A stretch of DNA of 64,000 nt from Lophium mytilinum. Lineage: Eukaryota. This document shows, piece after piece, positions 45,708 to 58,009 of this stretch. The stretch is from the NCBI GenBank assembly GCA_010093605.1, contig MU004181.1, positions 682,001 through 746,000 of the forward strand, given 5' to 3'. Below the pieces are notes generated by a model, which worked only from the letters and a program-made list of their open reading frames with translations, had not been told where the DNA came from and did no database searches. Within the stretch, counting starts at the first letter, position 1. The number at the start of each line of letters is the position of its first letter. Made by a program: the position numbers and the translations under genes.

Positions 45708-48192
45708 TCAAATGATAGTGATCGTGCGGCCAACACTTCGTGCCAGAGTTGGCGTCGTGCAGCGCCCTCTGCCCACTCCAAGACGCTCAAATATCTGAAA
45801 GTCTGAATATGAAGGCCATACACATGGGGTCAACACCAAAAAAACAGTCACTCCCTCCTCTATGACCCCCAAGATAAGGATCCATACGAGTCCTCGCACT
45901 GCCGGTCTAGCTTGACGGGGCCGGAGCCGAGAACGCTGAATCAAGACAATAGCAGAATCTGTAGGAACAAGCAGAGTACGATTCTCCACTAGAGGGACAT
46001 CAGGCGAGAAGTTTTCAACTGCGAGCACGGGAAGTCTCCCTGAACCATGGCATGTAAACGTGTAGACAACCCCAATCTCGTCCATGCCTTCCTCAACTGC
46101 TGATATTTCCAGCTCCGCGCCGAGTATCGATCCTCGCAAAGTAAGGGAGCCACTCGTAACTTGTCCGGTTTTTTCTTTTCCAGATGCGTTCATTTCAAAA
46201 TCGCGAATGGATATTTGAGGGATAAACCGAGGGGCAACACATCGAGATGTAGCATTGACTGGACCTTCTACATCAGCACTTCGATCCCATATCGTATCAT
46301 CAGTGTACTTGATCGGGCCTTCAACTGAGGCCCACGACCACGAGGGTGCGCGATAGTGATCAGGTAGCCATCCGCAGCCTGGACCTCTAGGTTCCCACGC
46401 CAGGCTTGCTTTGATGTCCGTGAGCCATAGCCCTGCCAAGTAGTAGTCTCCCATGACCTTGCTAACGTTGACCGCAATTCCAGATAACGCAATTAAGCGA
46501 TCGGCCGCCATGGTAATGTCGAGCGCTGTATAAGTTGGCACGAGTATACAACGCTAATACTTGTGGAACCTTACTTTGGCTAGCTTAAGCAATGCTTCTT
46601 TCTTAGACTTTATGCTGTCTTTAATAGAATCCTAATTAAATGGATCTCTCTATCCCGACTTACTCCCCGTTAAAGCTGCCTGCAATCCTTCCTCTGAAGG
46701 ATCTAGAAGCCTAATAGAGCCGGCGAGATATTCGGAGAAAAATCTTCTGTAGGGAGTATTAGCAGCAAAGTTATTGATTCTACGGTAGTAGCTTGTAATG
46801 AGATCCGCTCTAAGATCTCTGACAATTTTTTAATACATCTTACGCTGACGTAAAAGGACGTTGGAGGAAGTTAAGTTATTCTCCTCATTCGTATGATTGT
46901 TATTTTCGTACTGGCCGCATTTACAGGCGTTGACTTCTTCGCACTGCCATGTTATCTCTCTGGAGCAAAACGAGAGCAAGCGAGCGGAAAGTAGCCGCTC
47001 CTGGAAGACCCAAGCTCGTCCGTGCAAAGGGTTGGTGCGGGTCTCGTCGTGGTTAATGACACGTTGGTAGTGGATCTTTTTAGCGAGAAAATATATGGTT
47101 GGATTGGTTATTAGAAGGGTATTACCTCTGTCTTCGCGGATACCTAAGAAGCCGTGATTATTAATTGCAAGGCCCGCCGCCGCTATTCCTAAGAATGCGT
47201 TTTTGTATACGTTGGCCATTTTTGGCGCTTCTGTGTGCCAATCCTCCCTGGAGGTAATTAGCAATTTGCAATGTGGGCAGATCTGCGTTTACGGTTTCTA
47301 AAAGAGATAGCACTTACTCGTCCCCTTGAAGTATGTAAAGCGAATTAATCCATAGGTACTTAAACCCGAGAGCTCGAGTGAAGGTCACGGTATCCTGGAA
47401 AGTACGTGGCATATCGGCAAATTGAATGCTCTTTAATTGGTCCTTGAGATTTTGCTTATTTGTTTGGAAAGCTCCCTCTTGCGGCCAGCGATGGCTTAGG
47501 GCGACCCAGCGCCCAACTTAATGAGTTGTTTCTAGTAATTTGATCTCTGGCTGAGAGCCTTCTGGATTAATGTGAATTATTCTCTTTGGTAATCTTGGTG
47601 GCCAAGGCGATGTGGGAAAGTAATCCGGGTGTTCCGAAATACATGTTTTAAACTATGTATTTGCAAGGCGGAGACTTGCTGGGGTACTGGTACTGTCTAA
47701 TATATTCTTTAAGGGTGGTATGATATTAAACGGGCTTGGGAGGGTTGACTTATTTAAAGGGATATATAGTTAAAAAGCTTCTTGTGCTGGATTGTTGACT
47801 ATAAAGGTTCGGATAACCGTCCTATGCAACCTATTATAAAGATACCGAAAGGTGAATTTGATATGCGCGGCTGCTCGTGGCCATAACCGAGTTAAAGGCT
47901 TCTAAAGTAGTTTGAAGACTCGAATAAATACGCTAGAGCCACTACGATACCGGTTATATTGAAGCTTAAGCGGGCTTTTCGGCTTCGCCACAACCTCTAA
48001 AGAATATGTTGAGAAGAGACCCGGATAGAAATGAGAGCCGGTACATCGCAATAGGCAGTAGAATGCACAGCCTTGTCGTGCTGCATTTCTTACTTCTATT
48101 AAGGTTGTTCGGATGGCCCTCGTTGTTTTAACTTGTTGATATTCCAACAGTTTATGACAGTTCTGGCAGCTAATTTCTTTGTCGTGGCTTAT
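45708..48192 (-). pseudogene. HET-domain (tol-like) gene, RIP-damaged in its 5' two-thirds
   Basis: WVALSHRW, MPRTFQDTV, LGFKYLWINSLYILQGD, EAPKMANVYKNA, PLHGRAWVFQERLLS, YLAGLW, YRAPSWSWASV; many TAA/TAG stops; probable start mutated ATG>ATA at 48192. Confidence 0.9.
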
Positions 48193-48428
48193 TTTAAAAA
48201 TGGATGTTAGGGAAATGGAGAGGTTTTATAGTTGGGTTGTTGGAATAAGGCTGTGTATTCAGCCTTCGGCTCACCGGTTGGGAATGCTATAGCCGACCCC
48301 GCCACGTTGGCTGCATAATGAGGTATAGTGCTAGGATTTATAGAAATAGTGAGTCTACTTGATCGCGATAATATGTTGCATGGTGTTTTAGTGAAGGTGT
48401 TTTAGAGTTTGCTCGATGATTAGTCTCT

Positions 48429-49743
48429 TTAATTGGGCAGCTCGATATCGCGGACATCAAACTGAAAATCTCGCTCTTTTGTGCTTGCCATCAGCCTAAT
48501 AAATATCCAGGTCATCTACTCCATGATAATAGTTATCAGCCATCCTCAATCTTTTGCAGTCTCCCAATGAAAGGTAGCTTCTTTGTACGCAGCGTCAATC
48601 CGAGCCCTCCTTAGCAAATCATAGTTATGAAATATATGAGAAGCGGCTTTCCCCTTATGGTGAGCAACCAAACGCGAAAAGAGAACGACGTCTTCAAGGA
48701 CCAGACCGACACTCTCACCTTGCGGTGGCATCTGAAGTGGCATTAGCGGTGATAGGACATACACAAATGGATAGGCTCACAGCGTGTGCAGCATCTCTGA
48801 GCAGCAACAACTGACCAGAGTGCCAAACTCCGTGTGGCGGAAGCTTGAAAACCGGATACAGCACCCAAGAGTCAATTTTCTGCATCCCCGTCTCAAGATA
48901 CGGCATCGCAGACCCAGCGAACCTACGCAAAATGTCGTCCTTGAGGGCATCCTGGTCACTCCCTCTGACCAACCAGCCCTCTCTACTTCCCATATCTTTA
49001 GTCTCCGTCACAACAGAGATGTAGAGCTGCGATCTATCGACGGTATAAAATGACATCAGAAACGTGCCGAAACGACCAAAGATCGCTGTTGTCGAGTCGA
49101 ATGGCAAGAGATCCGATAGGCCAGCTGCGTCCAGGAATCCATACGTGACGGCGATACCTAGAGAAAATGAGAAAAAATGATGGGGCTCCTGGAAATAGAC
49201 CATACCAGTGTATACAGGCTTCCGCTCCGGCTGCACAAAGTTCATGCGGACGGAAGAATGGATGCCATCGCAGCCCAATAACATGTCTCCGGTGACCTTT
49301 GACCCGTCTCCAAAAGTCGCTTCAACACCATCATCCCGCTCAAGCACCGAATCAATCCGCTTACTATACTGCACCTTGACCCCCGACTCTTCGAGCTCTT
49401 CCAACAATGCATCCAGCAGATCAGCTCGAAGGATCCGCAGCGCGCGATGCTTGAACTTCTCGACCTTGTCGAAATCAATTTGTCCGAGATTTGCTCCTGT
49501 CCGCTGAGATATCACATCGATGTGATGAACTTCGCATCCTTTAGGCAACAGGCGAGGGAGCACTCCGAGATGGTCCAGATAGCGAAGCGCGTTAGGCGTT
49601 AGGTTGATCGCACCGCCAATTGTCGTTGGCTCTGAGCGGATCTCGAAGACGGAGCAGTGTACCTTGTTATGCCGGAGGAGGGCAAGGGCAGATGCGACTC
49701 CTGCGATGCCACCGCCTATAATGATGATGTGATTGATGGGCAT
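48429..49743 (-). pseudogene. FAD-dependent monooxygenase (salicylate-hydroxylase-like) with a damaged 3' end
   Basis: GGGIAG and GCDGIHS are intact, but GDAAHA reads RDAAHA and the last exon has two in-frame stops (AKD*GWL...ME*MTW) before ...DIELPN*. Confidence 0.8.
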
Positions 49744-50449
49744 TTGGGGAGGTGTTTTTGGGTTGGCTTAAAAGCGATAGAGGGAGGGACGAAGTAGACA
49801 AGACAGAATTACAGGGTTTGACTTATATATCAACGCGAAGAGACCAGTGAGCACCGTTCAACATCCTAATACACACAGGGGCAGCTGACTTGGTTCTGTT
49901 CTAACTTAGAAGTGTGTGCTAGACGCGCCACACCTTGTAAGAGTATGCCATGTATTGGTACGTGTCTTTTCGCCTGCAGCGTAAAACAGCTGGTCCTGGG
50001 TAGACTATGATGAGAGGCGTTATGGACGCGTCATGGATGGGAGTCGCGTTCAATAACAATGCGATCAGAACGAGATGTAGATGCGAGGAATACGAGGAGC
50101 TAAAGATAGAACACAAGCACGTGATATAGTCAGCATATGAGACCATTGATCTGGGCAAGCTTCCATAAGGGACTATACATAGAGTAGGAGTTCTCCCTCT
50201 CTGCCGTTGCTACGGAAATATGTTGATAGCACAGTGGAGTGGTAGATATCTAAGAATCACGTGTGAGAGGGCTCTCACGTGGTCAAAGCTTGGCGCGAAG
50301 TGGCCCCTCCCTGCCTCCCGATCTCCATCCTCTGTTTACCCTTCAGCAAAGCAACGCCCACAACAGTCGATAGCCCAACCCTCTACGACCTCACTATTGC
50401 TTACAGCTAACCGAAGTGAGTACGAGAATCTGGCCTGCGAAGTCTGCTG

Positions 50450-51517
50450 ATGCCAGCATCTGGAAAATTGGCATTGCCGCCGTTACTTTCGGTGTCCACG
50501 CTTCACAAACCTACAGCCTATATAGACTCGAGAATAGTATTCCGCGCAGACGAAATGACGCCCTCACAAAGAGCCTCAAGTGCTTCTTCTGCTTCTACTA
50601 CGCCTTGTGGGAATGCTCGCCCTTCTCGCATACGTCGAAAACGTCGTACTCGATCTTCATTGTCGACAACGTTGTCTCAATATGCGACGCTTGTCATGCC
50701 TCCTCCTTCTGCTACTGTCAAGCCCGTACGGTTACTCACCCCTGCCGATCCCAGGAAGCCGAGCTTCGCCAACCTACCAGCGGAGATTCGAAACGAAATC
50801 TACTATTACGTTGCGGCATCATTCCCATATTCACTGACCGTCACCGGTCAACGCCAAACACGGACACCTCTCCACAACATACACCCTCAAATAAAACATG
50901 AATTTGGATCGCTGTTCTTTGCGATGCCGCGCACTTACGTGTTTGGCGGATTCGATACCTACGATACTCTAGCAATCAGCCGGGCTAATGCATTTTTCGA
51001 AAGCGCAGCTTTCATACACGTCATGATCACCAAAGCGTCGAAGATCGAACTGGTACTCGATTCCACCGTAGCTATAGGTGTATCCGGGGCAGGGCCGGCG
51101 AGAGGTCACGGAAAGCTTACCAACGGTCAAGCGGTAAAATTGGCTGCTCAGATAACACGCCTTACCAACCGCTGGATGTTCAATGAATACACACGACTAG
51201 AAGAAGGAGGTGTTGGCGCTGTTCAAAAATGCAGAGACGCGCTTGAAAAATTGCACGAGGACATGGCTTCATTATGTGACTCCTTGGAGTCCTTGGAGGA
51301 CAACTTTGACATTGTCGGAGACCTGCTATGTACAGCGCTCCCAGGACTAGTATCAGAGTGCTTTTTCCGCACAGATAAAATATATCTCGACATTGCGATT
51401 GTATTCAGGGAGAGGGCGCTGTACGGACTTACGGTGCAAGGCCGCTCTGACCTGCGAGAACAGGATAAGGAATTCGCAAAACAGGTTCGTGGGCGATCGG
51501 GGATGTGTATTTCTTGA
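50450..51517 (+). CDS. Hypothetical protein with F-box-like motif (start uncertain)
   Basis: PSFANLPAEIRNEIYYYV...IHPQIKHEFGSLFF; not alignable by eye with the three paralogues beyond this motif. Confidence 0.7.
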   Translation: MPASGKLALPPLLSVSTLHKPTAYIDSRIVFRADEMTPSQRASSASSASTTPCGNARPSRIRRKRRTRSSLSTTLSQYATLVMPPPSATVKPVRLLTPADPRKPSFANLPAEIRNEIYYYVAASFPYSLTVTGQRQTRTPLHNIHPQIKHEFGSLFFAMPRTYVFGGFDTYDTLAISRANAFFESAAFIHVMITKASKIELVLDSTVAIGVSGAGPARGHGKLTNGQAVKLAAQITRLTNRWMFNEYTRLEEGGVGAVQKCRDALEKLHEDMASLCDSLESLEDNFDIVGDLLCTALPGLVSECFFRTDKIYLDIAIVFRERALYGLTVQGRSDLREQDKEFAKQVRGRSGMCIS

Positions 51518-51948
51518 AGTGGGATGTGTGTATTCCTCCGCTGCTGCTTGGATCAACCGGATCGTTTTCCGACCTCGCAAAATGCAGACGGATCCGTGGC
51601 TCACGTGAGGTAGCCTTCACTATTCTGTACTCGACGCTTTTCGGCTATCCAAGTCTTGACGAATTAGTCACCGAAAGAAGGCGATTTGACAGAACAGCAT
51701 ACCATGATGATGAAAGATTCAGTGACCAGAGATCACGCGAAGTGGTGACCGAAATATGATTCAAGAGCCAAGGAACTTTCATCGCAACCTTGGTTCATCA
51801 GCGCGACCCGCCAGCTCAACCACGTCGCTAAAGTGAAGGGAAGTCCACACAAGTATATCTATAGCCGCACTCTCATTCTTCCTTCTCACAATCTTCCGTC
51901 CACCACCGCCTGCAACGCACAGCTCAAAGCAGCAATAGCACATGCAGC

Positions 51949-54033
51949 ATGGGCAACACCATACCGACCGATAAAGTGGCCGCGGCGTCGTCGCAGTCGT
52001 CGCAAAACGACAGTCCGCCAGCCTCAACGCGTGCAGTAACACTCTACAAAATCTTCTGTTCCCTCGTTTCCCTGTGGACCATATTCCACTTCCTGAAAGT
52101 CACCTCAAGTGGCCTCCCGACGATCTTGGACTTACAAGTGCCTGTGTACCAAGTGCCTCGTGGATGCTCCAATTTTCCAGTGGCCGTAGTGGTCTCGCAG
52201 TCGCCGTCCGTATCGCCAATTCCGACGCCGTCTTCGGTCCCCGCGTATAACCACGGATCCCAAGATGTAGACCAATATTCCGATTACGGACTCGACGACA
52301 ATATTAAAGAGCAAGAGCACATTGCATCTACTGAATGCGAATCGCAAGGATGTCGGATGGAAAAGAGAGAACGTGGGGGTTTGAGCGACCATGATCGTTC
52401 TCAGCTCATTCATGACGAGCTCGAAAAATCAAAGAATTTGGATCGAACTCTTGATGTTTCGAAGCGCGCCTTGGAATCTAGCAGCTCCCGGGAATCCAGT
52501 GACCCTATCGAGTCCACAAACCCGACTGAGCCTATCAAATCCTCCAACACGACTGAGAAAGCCGAACCAGCGGGCCGCAAGATCAAGTTATTACATCTTG
52601 GGCGAAAGGTCAAGAACCACTTCCAAATCGGCTTCACTCGTCTAAAGTTCCTCGCCTCCCTCGTCGAAGATCGCATCGCGCGCGACAAATTCTGGAAGAA
52701 GCTCAAGAACTTTAGAAAATTCGCGGAGTTGGCTAAGAGAAGAGGTCCCCCCAGGATAGCCCACGAAGCCTTTGAGGAGGCGTCTGATGTCCAGGACCAG
52801 CTGCAAGAACCCGCCGCCCCGAGCCACAGTAACAAGACCACGACTACTGAAGCCTCTCCCGAAGAGCCGACCCAGGCAGAGTTCCACGAAACCCATAACC
52901 CCAGAGATGCCATCGAGCCCACTAAAACTTCCCAACGCCTGTTCGAGAGGACGAATCAAGCGGATCAACCCGAATTCCCGAAATATTGGGAAGACATCCC
53001 CAAGTACTGTGCAACGTTCCCCCTCGAAAAAATGACCAGAATACCCATGCCCTTGAGGACACTTCACCACAGCACTCGCGTCCTCCTCTCTGCACTCCTC
53101 TCAGAACCAGAATATCGGCTTACCATCCTAGTCGAGCTCGCCGCCCGCCTCTTCCGCAGCATCGAAGTCCTTCTCCTATCAACAATCATAGGGCTATACA
53201 TCGCCATGCTCTTCCTCGCCTCAGAGACCTTGGCGGAGGATAGCCAACTCTCCGACGTCCTCGCCATCCTCTACCTCCGAAAGTTGAGGGTGCCATACTT
53301 TCCACTGTCGGTACCACTTTCTTTTGCAGGCATTCTCTACACTTTTTACGATGACAGCCCCTTTGATTCCACTGCCTCTGCAGCCTATGCCTCTTTCTTC
53401 AGCTCCGTCCTTGACGCCACCGGCGAAGCTATCCACAACGCGTGGGAACGCCCGATTGCGGATACGATCGAAGACACGGTCGATGGCATCATCTTCGCGC
53501 TCGACGATATCACACGGGCTTTTGTCAGGGATATGTTCGTCTATCTTCCCGCTTTCGTTATCTCGCGACTAGCTTTCTACGCCAACCTTTTCTCTTCGAC
53601 CGCTGGAATCATCGCCACGTACACACGAAAGGGAGTGGAAGCGTACGCGGAACACTCTGTCCTCTTCCCATACCTCAAGATCTGGCTCGACTCGGTGTGG
53701 TCGATCGGCAATAAACTCGTTAACCTAGTCGTTGCGGCGAGCGGCCAAGTCACGGCTCACGTCCGCGCTGGCGTCGAGGCAGTCCTGGGAAGCATACGCA
53801 TAGAGATCCATCCTGAGGACATGAGCCAGTCGGAGAAACTGCAACCCGCAGAGAAACGCGAAGACATCCTGAGAAATCTCAGGGAGGATAAGAAGCGTGC
53901 GAGGGAAGAGAAGGCGATGGAAAGGAAGATGAAGGCGGATGACGAGGACTGGGTGGTACACAGTCTAGAGACGGTGTTAGAAGAAGACGAGGACGAGGAT
54001 GAGGGATTTGTTCAGGTTAGGTTTCTTGACTAG
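51949..54033 (+). CDS. Hypothetical membrane-associated protein (694 aa)
   Basis: Long intronless ORF with several hydrophobic segments and a charged/acidic C-terminus. Confidence 0.75.
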   Translation: MGNTIPTDKVAAASSQSSQNDSPPASTRAVTLYKIFCSLVSLWTIFHFLKVTSSGLPTILDLQVPVYQVPRGCSNFPVAVVVSQSPSVSPIPTPSSVPAYNHGSQDVDQYSDYGLDDNIKEQEHIASTECESQGCRMEKRERGGLSDHDRSQLIHDELEKSKNLDRTLDVSKRALESSSSRESSDPIESTNPTEPIKSSNTTEKAEPAGRKIKLLHLGRKVKNHFQIGFTRLKFLASLVEDRIARDKFWKKLKNFRKFAELAKRRGPPRIAHEAFEEASDVQDQLQEPAAPSHSNKTTTTEASPEEPTQAEFHETHNPRDAIEPTKTSQRLFERTNQADQPEFPKYWEDIPKYCATFPLEKMTRIPMPLRTLHHSTRVLLSALLSEPEYRLTILVELAARLFRSIEVLLLSTIIGLYIAMLFLASETLAEDSQLSDVLAILYLRKLRVPYFPLSVPLSFAGILYTFYDDSPFDSTASAAYASFFSSVLDATGEAIHNAWERPIADTIEDTVDGIIFALDDITRAFVRDMFVYLPAFVISRLAFYANLFSSTAGIIATYTRKGVEAYAEHSVLFPYLKIWLDSVWSIGNKLVNLVVAASGQVTAHVRAGVEAVLGSIRIEIHPEDMSQSEKLQPAEKREDILRNLREDKKRAREEKAMERKMKADDEDWVVHSLETVLEEDEDEDEGFVQVRFLD

Positions 54034-54317
54034 GTCAGGTTTTTGCGGGATTGGGTAGTGCAGCTTTGCTTCTCTTGGTCAGTTGAGGTTGGGTAGGCAC
54101 GGTTCAGGGTTTGTGGGTGTCTGCGTTTTTTTTATAACTACCTCTGTTTCCGTATTTCAGGATTCTACTTCGTCTTCAACATCTGAAACTAGATGTTACG
54201 ATTCATACATGCTATCCGGCCTCATTATCGCCTAGTCGCATAGTCTCTACCGCTCTACCGTCTCAAACTCCTTCTACTCTCCAGCCTTGCGCTCCCCACT
54301 CCTTCGCCAACCCATCT

Positions 54318-55150
54318 ACTCTCACGTGTCCACTGACTCACCACGTCACGCATGTATCACGCTATCACATGACCCTCACGCTTTCCCCAGCCTACCTGAC
54401 TATAAAACCTTCGGACCCCCAGGCTTACGAAGAGACAGACAGACCGCGACGCAAACCATCAGCCCGGTGGATCATAGGGGTGATCAAATACTGGATTCAG
54501 AAAAGTCATGGCTGAGTGGAGGGAGGACGGTGTAAAAACGAAAGTCAGGACGACGAATGTGTGTGCGTGGGAGGGGCGGGTGGAGCGGAAGAGGGATCCG
54601 GTGGTGGTGAGCAGCTTTAGGGGCTGGAGATGGTTGAGCCCGGAGGAGAGTATCAGGACTGTGAGTTGATGATGCACAACTTGTTTGACGCGTGCTGCGT
54701 GTTATAGTCCATGTTTCTCGTCTACGCACCAAGGGAAGAAGAGTCCAAGACGGCATATCACCCGGTAGAGAGCTGAGGGTAGAGAAGCTCGTGATACCTA
54801 GGTAAAGGCCGGATCGCGGTAGCTGTCTAGACTACTTCAAGAGAGATGACGAGACACGAGAGTAATCTCGCTAGTTTCAACAGTGATGGGAAAGATGAGA
54901 CGTATTCGACCCCCCGTGTGTCCACTCTCACGTGTCCACTCCCTCACCCCGTCACGCGCAAACCGCGCTATCACGTGCGCTCATCCCCAGCCCCAGATTC
55001 GGAGTATAAAACCCCCATCTTACCCACGTTCCTGGAGAGGTAGACAGAGCTCGCAGACTTCACGGTCTGCGAGGCAACCCATCAGCCAGAGGACTCGATG
55101 GGCGGGATCAAAAGGGTTCACTCTCGCCATGTATGCGTGCGTGGGAGGGA
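54318..55150 (+). repeat. Diverged direct repeat (~605-bp period) of a TCAC-rich TATA promoter-like unit
   Basis: ACTCTCACGTGTCCACT at 54318 and 54924, then collinear CTCACC-CGTCACGC, CGCTATCAC, TCCCCAGCC, TATAAAACC (54401, 55005), AGACAGA, CCATCAGCC, GATCAAA, GTGCGTGGGAGGG. Confidence 0.85.
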
Positions 55151-55690
55151 TAAATCCATCTGCGACAATTTTCTATGGCCGCGTGTGCGGCTGGGCTTTG
55201 GGCGTGGATAAATGGAAGAGGTGGTCCCGCGATGGGTGGCTGAGTGAGTACCTACCCGGCATAAACGAGACGAGAGACCGCTACATGAGTGTGGGAGGCG
55301 GTGGCAGTGGTGATGAGGAGCATCATGGGGAGGTAGAGATGGGCAGCGGAGGGGCGGGTTGGTAGTGTTGGGGAAGGGGATTAGGTGAGGGGTGCTAGGG
55401 CCTGATTGTATGCTGTGGGGTGTGTGCTTCCGAGTATTTGCTAGATGATGGGTATCGGAGACCTTTGATGCGTTAGAATAGCAATGATAGCGATAAACTC
55501 CGCGCTAACAAACCCGCTCGGAAGCTTCAAAACAAACCTCAAGGAACCACCCTTAACTTCCAAAGCATACTCATATACTCCACGCTAAATAAGCCACCTA
55601 ATCCTACAAACCGCACTCACAAAGCAAAAGTATCAACGTGGGGTATCTTACAACACAACACACGCGCCCAACCTCTCCCTCCACCGCCCG

Positions 55691-58009
55691 CTAAAACATC
55701 TCATCCTCCCCCGCATCCCTCCTCACGCCCCCTCCCCCCGGCCGCCCAAAAAACTCCCTACTACCCTCCTCCTTCGGCGTCGCCCACACATCCGGACTCG
55801 TCACCTCACTCCCAGTATCCAACCCCATCCCCTCGTCTTCCTCATCCGCATCATCCCCCCCTTCGCTCTCACTCCGACTGAAGCGTGAAACCACCCTCTC
55901 CTTTCCCATCCCCCGCTCATCCCGCACTGTATCCCTCCAATCCCTGTGCGCGCGCGGCGTGGGCACTTGCTCAACCTCGTGCGTCCCGAGGATGCCATCG
56001 GGACTCGGCGTCGGGTACGCTATCCGCGTCTGCTGCAGTATAGCGCGCAGTTCTGCGACTTCGCGCTGCAGCGCCAAGACCGTCTGCTCGAGAGCCTTGC
56101 GGGCAGCGCGCTCGTGTCGTAGTATCGTGCTAACGGCCGCGATCTGATCGGCGGGGGAGGGCTGCGTAGCGTTCGGTTGAAGCTCAGCTTGAGTGTGGAA
56201 CGGCAAAGGCGCCGACGTTGTGCGCATCGAGTGCGTCGAGCTCGGGCTGGTGAGAAACGTTGTGCCCGCAGGCAGCTCATCATCCGCCTTTAGCGCTAAC
56301 GCTTCCGCGCTGCTTTTCCCGCTGGATTTGCGGGATTGGGGTTTTGATTTCAGCGACTTCATGGATGGAGGGCGCGAGTCTTCGTCGTCGCGGATGGTGG
56401 ATGCGCTGGTGGCGCGCCGGCCCTTGGGCGCGTTTTCGAGGATTATGGTTTGCCGGTGTGAGCGGCCTGTGAGGCGGTGGAGGGATTGCTCAAGGACGTG
56501 CATGCCGCTCTCGAGGCGTTGGACGCGGTCTTCTAGCTTGACGGGTGCGAGGGAGGGTGCTGGAGAGTCGGCGGGCATTTCTCTTTCTGCGTCTTCGTCG
56601 TGAGATTCGGAGAAGGAAGAATTGAGGGCGCCGAAATTGACTTCGAAGGGGGGAGAGGTAGGGGAGAGATTGAGCGGGTCGTGCTCGGGGAATTTCTCGT
56701 CCACTGCTAATATTCCTGGTACGCTCGTCTGATTTGGTGGTGAGGAAAAAGAGGGTTCTTTTTCAATGGATTCAGTCGGCACGTTATCAGTATTCGTATC
56801 GTCCCCGGTCGTTGGGCGTGGAGTCGTGGTGCTGTATACGCTGACAGAGCGGTCCGCTCCACTCGTCCGCCAGTACCTGATCTCTGCGCTCCGTCGCCGC
56901 GGAATAGACTCTTGTCGTGTACTCAATTCTCGCAGAGCGCCAGCGCTCCGCGACCGTCTTTTTGCGTGGGTAGGGCTGGAGAGAGCGATTCCGATTTCCG
57001 GGGATGGGATGGAGTCTTCTGGCGGCCGATCCTCCCCTGGCTTCACTCTTGCGCCGGTAGCGCTCCAGATGGCTGAGAGTGCGGCAACTTCGCTGTGAGA
57101 GAGAACGACGCTCGGTAAAGTTGCTCGGCGGCGACGGACGGTTGGATGCTCGAACGTCAGATATTCGTGCGATGGACTGGATTCTTCAGGAGCATTGACA
57201 TTCATAGGAAATGGAAGGTGGGCCCCGAGTGGATTTAGCGGTCTGAGCTCGCGCACCGGGAGGTCAGAAATCCGCTGATCCCGTACAGAAAGGCTGCTCT
57301 TACTCCTCGCCCGGATTGCATTCGCATTCTCCCTAGAGCGGTTCTGTACAGCACTTAGTACGCCCGGATCCTATATCAATTAGCCTTCGCGCGGATCAGA
57401 CCTATTAAGATGGATACAAGAACTTACGCTGCGATGATAGCCGTGCCTCGCAACACTCTCCCGCTTGATCTCGTCCTTCCCGCGGCGGCCAAACATCTTC
57501 CGGAAAACGCTCCTCAGACCGCTCTTCCGCCGCTTCTGCGGTACAGCCATCTCATCTGCAGTCGGGCTGGGGGCTGGGTTGCGGTGCTGCTCCGGCTTTG
57601 ACAGATTGGGCTCAGGATGCTCCCGCTGCATCACACTGATATCGCGGATGGCGGTGCTGGAGCGCTTGTGCCGCAGTGCTGGGGGGCTGGGGCTGGCCGT
57701 GTCCTGCTGCTGCACGTCGGACGCAGGCGCGGTCTCCTCCCGAGCACGATCGGCATGGAGGCTCTTCTTGTGCAGGAGGCGCTGCGCAGCAGACAAAGAA
57801 TCGGCGCGCTGGGGAAAGGGGTCGGTGTTGCGTTTGGCCGTCAGCAGCTCGTCCTCCTCCTCGGTGGTGAGTGGGATGGGTCCGCTAATTTTGAGCTGGC
57901 CGCGACGGATGGCTCCGGCTTTCCACGACGAGCGCTCGAGTGGAGCCAGCTTCAAGTCCTGGGCATGCTGCTGGCTCGGCGCGGCACTCGCGCTCTCTGG
58001 TCTGACCAT
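55691..58009 (-). CDS. Hypothetical protein, Ser/Pro/Arg-rich with coiled coils (2 exons)
   Basis: LKISGPIP, GLRSVFRKMFGRR, HGYHRS|DPG across an intron at 57427-57371, RRRRATLPS, RRSRSAGAL, ERAARKALEQTVLALQREV. Confidence 0.8.

Noticed and set aside
48429..48560. Premature stops repaired by A-to-I editing or readthrough
   Set aside because: Two stops plus a GD>RD lesion adjoining a RIP-like block are more simply explained by mutation
40649..49743. Secondary-metabolite gene cluster (TF, MFS, monooxygenase)
   Set aside because: No PKS, NRPS, terpene synthase or RiPP precursor in the window, and the monooxygenase looks inactivated
29500..51517. Starship or autonomous transposon carrying the island
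   Set aside because: No tyrosine-recombinase captain, transposase or reverse transcriptase recognised in the window
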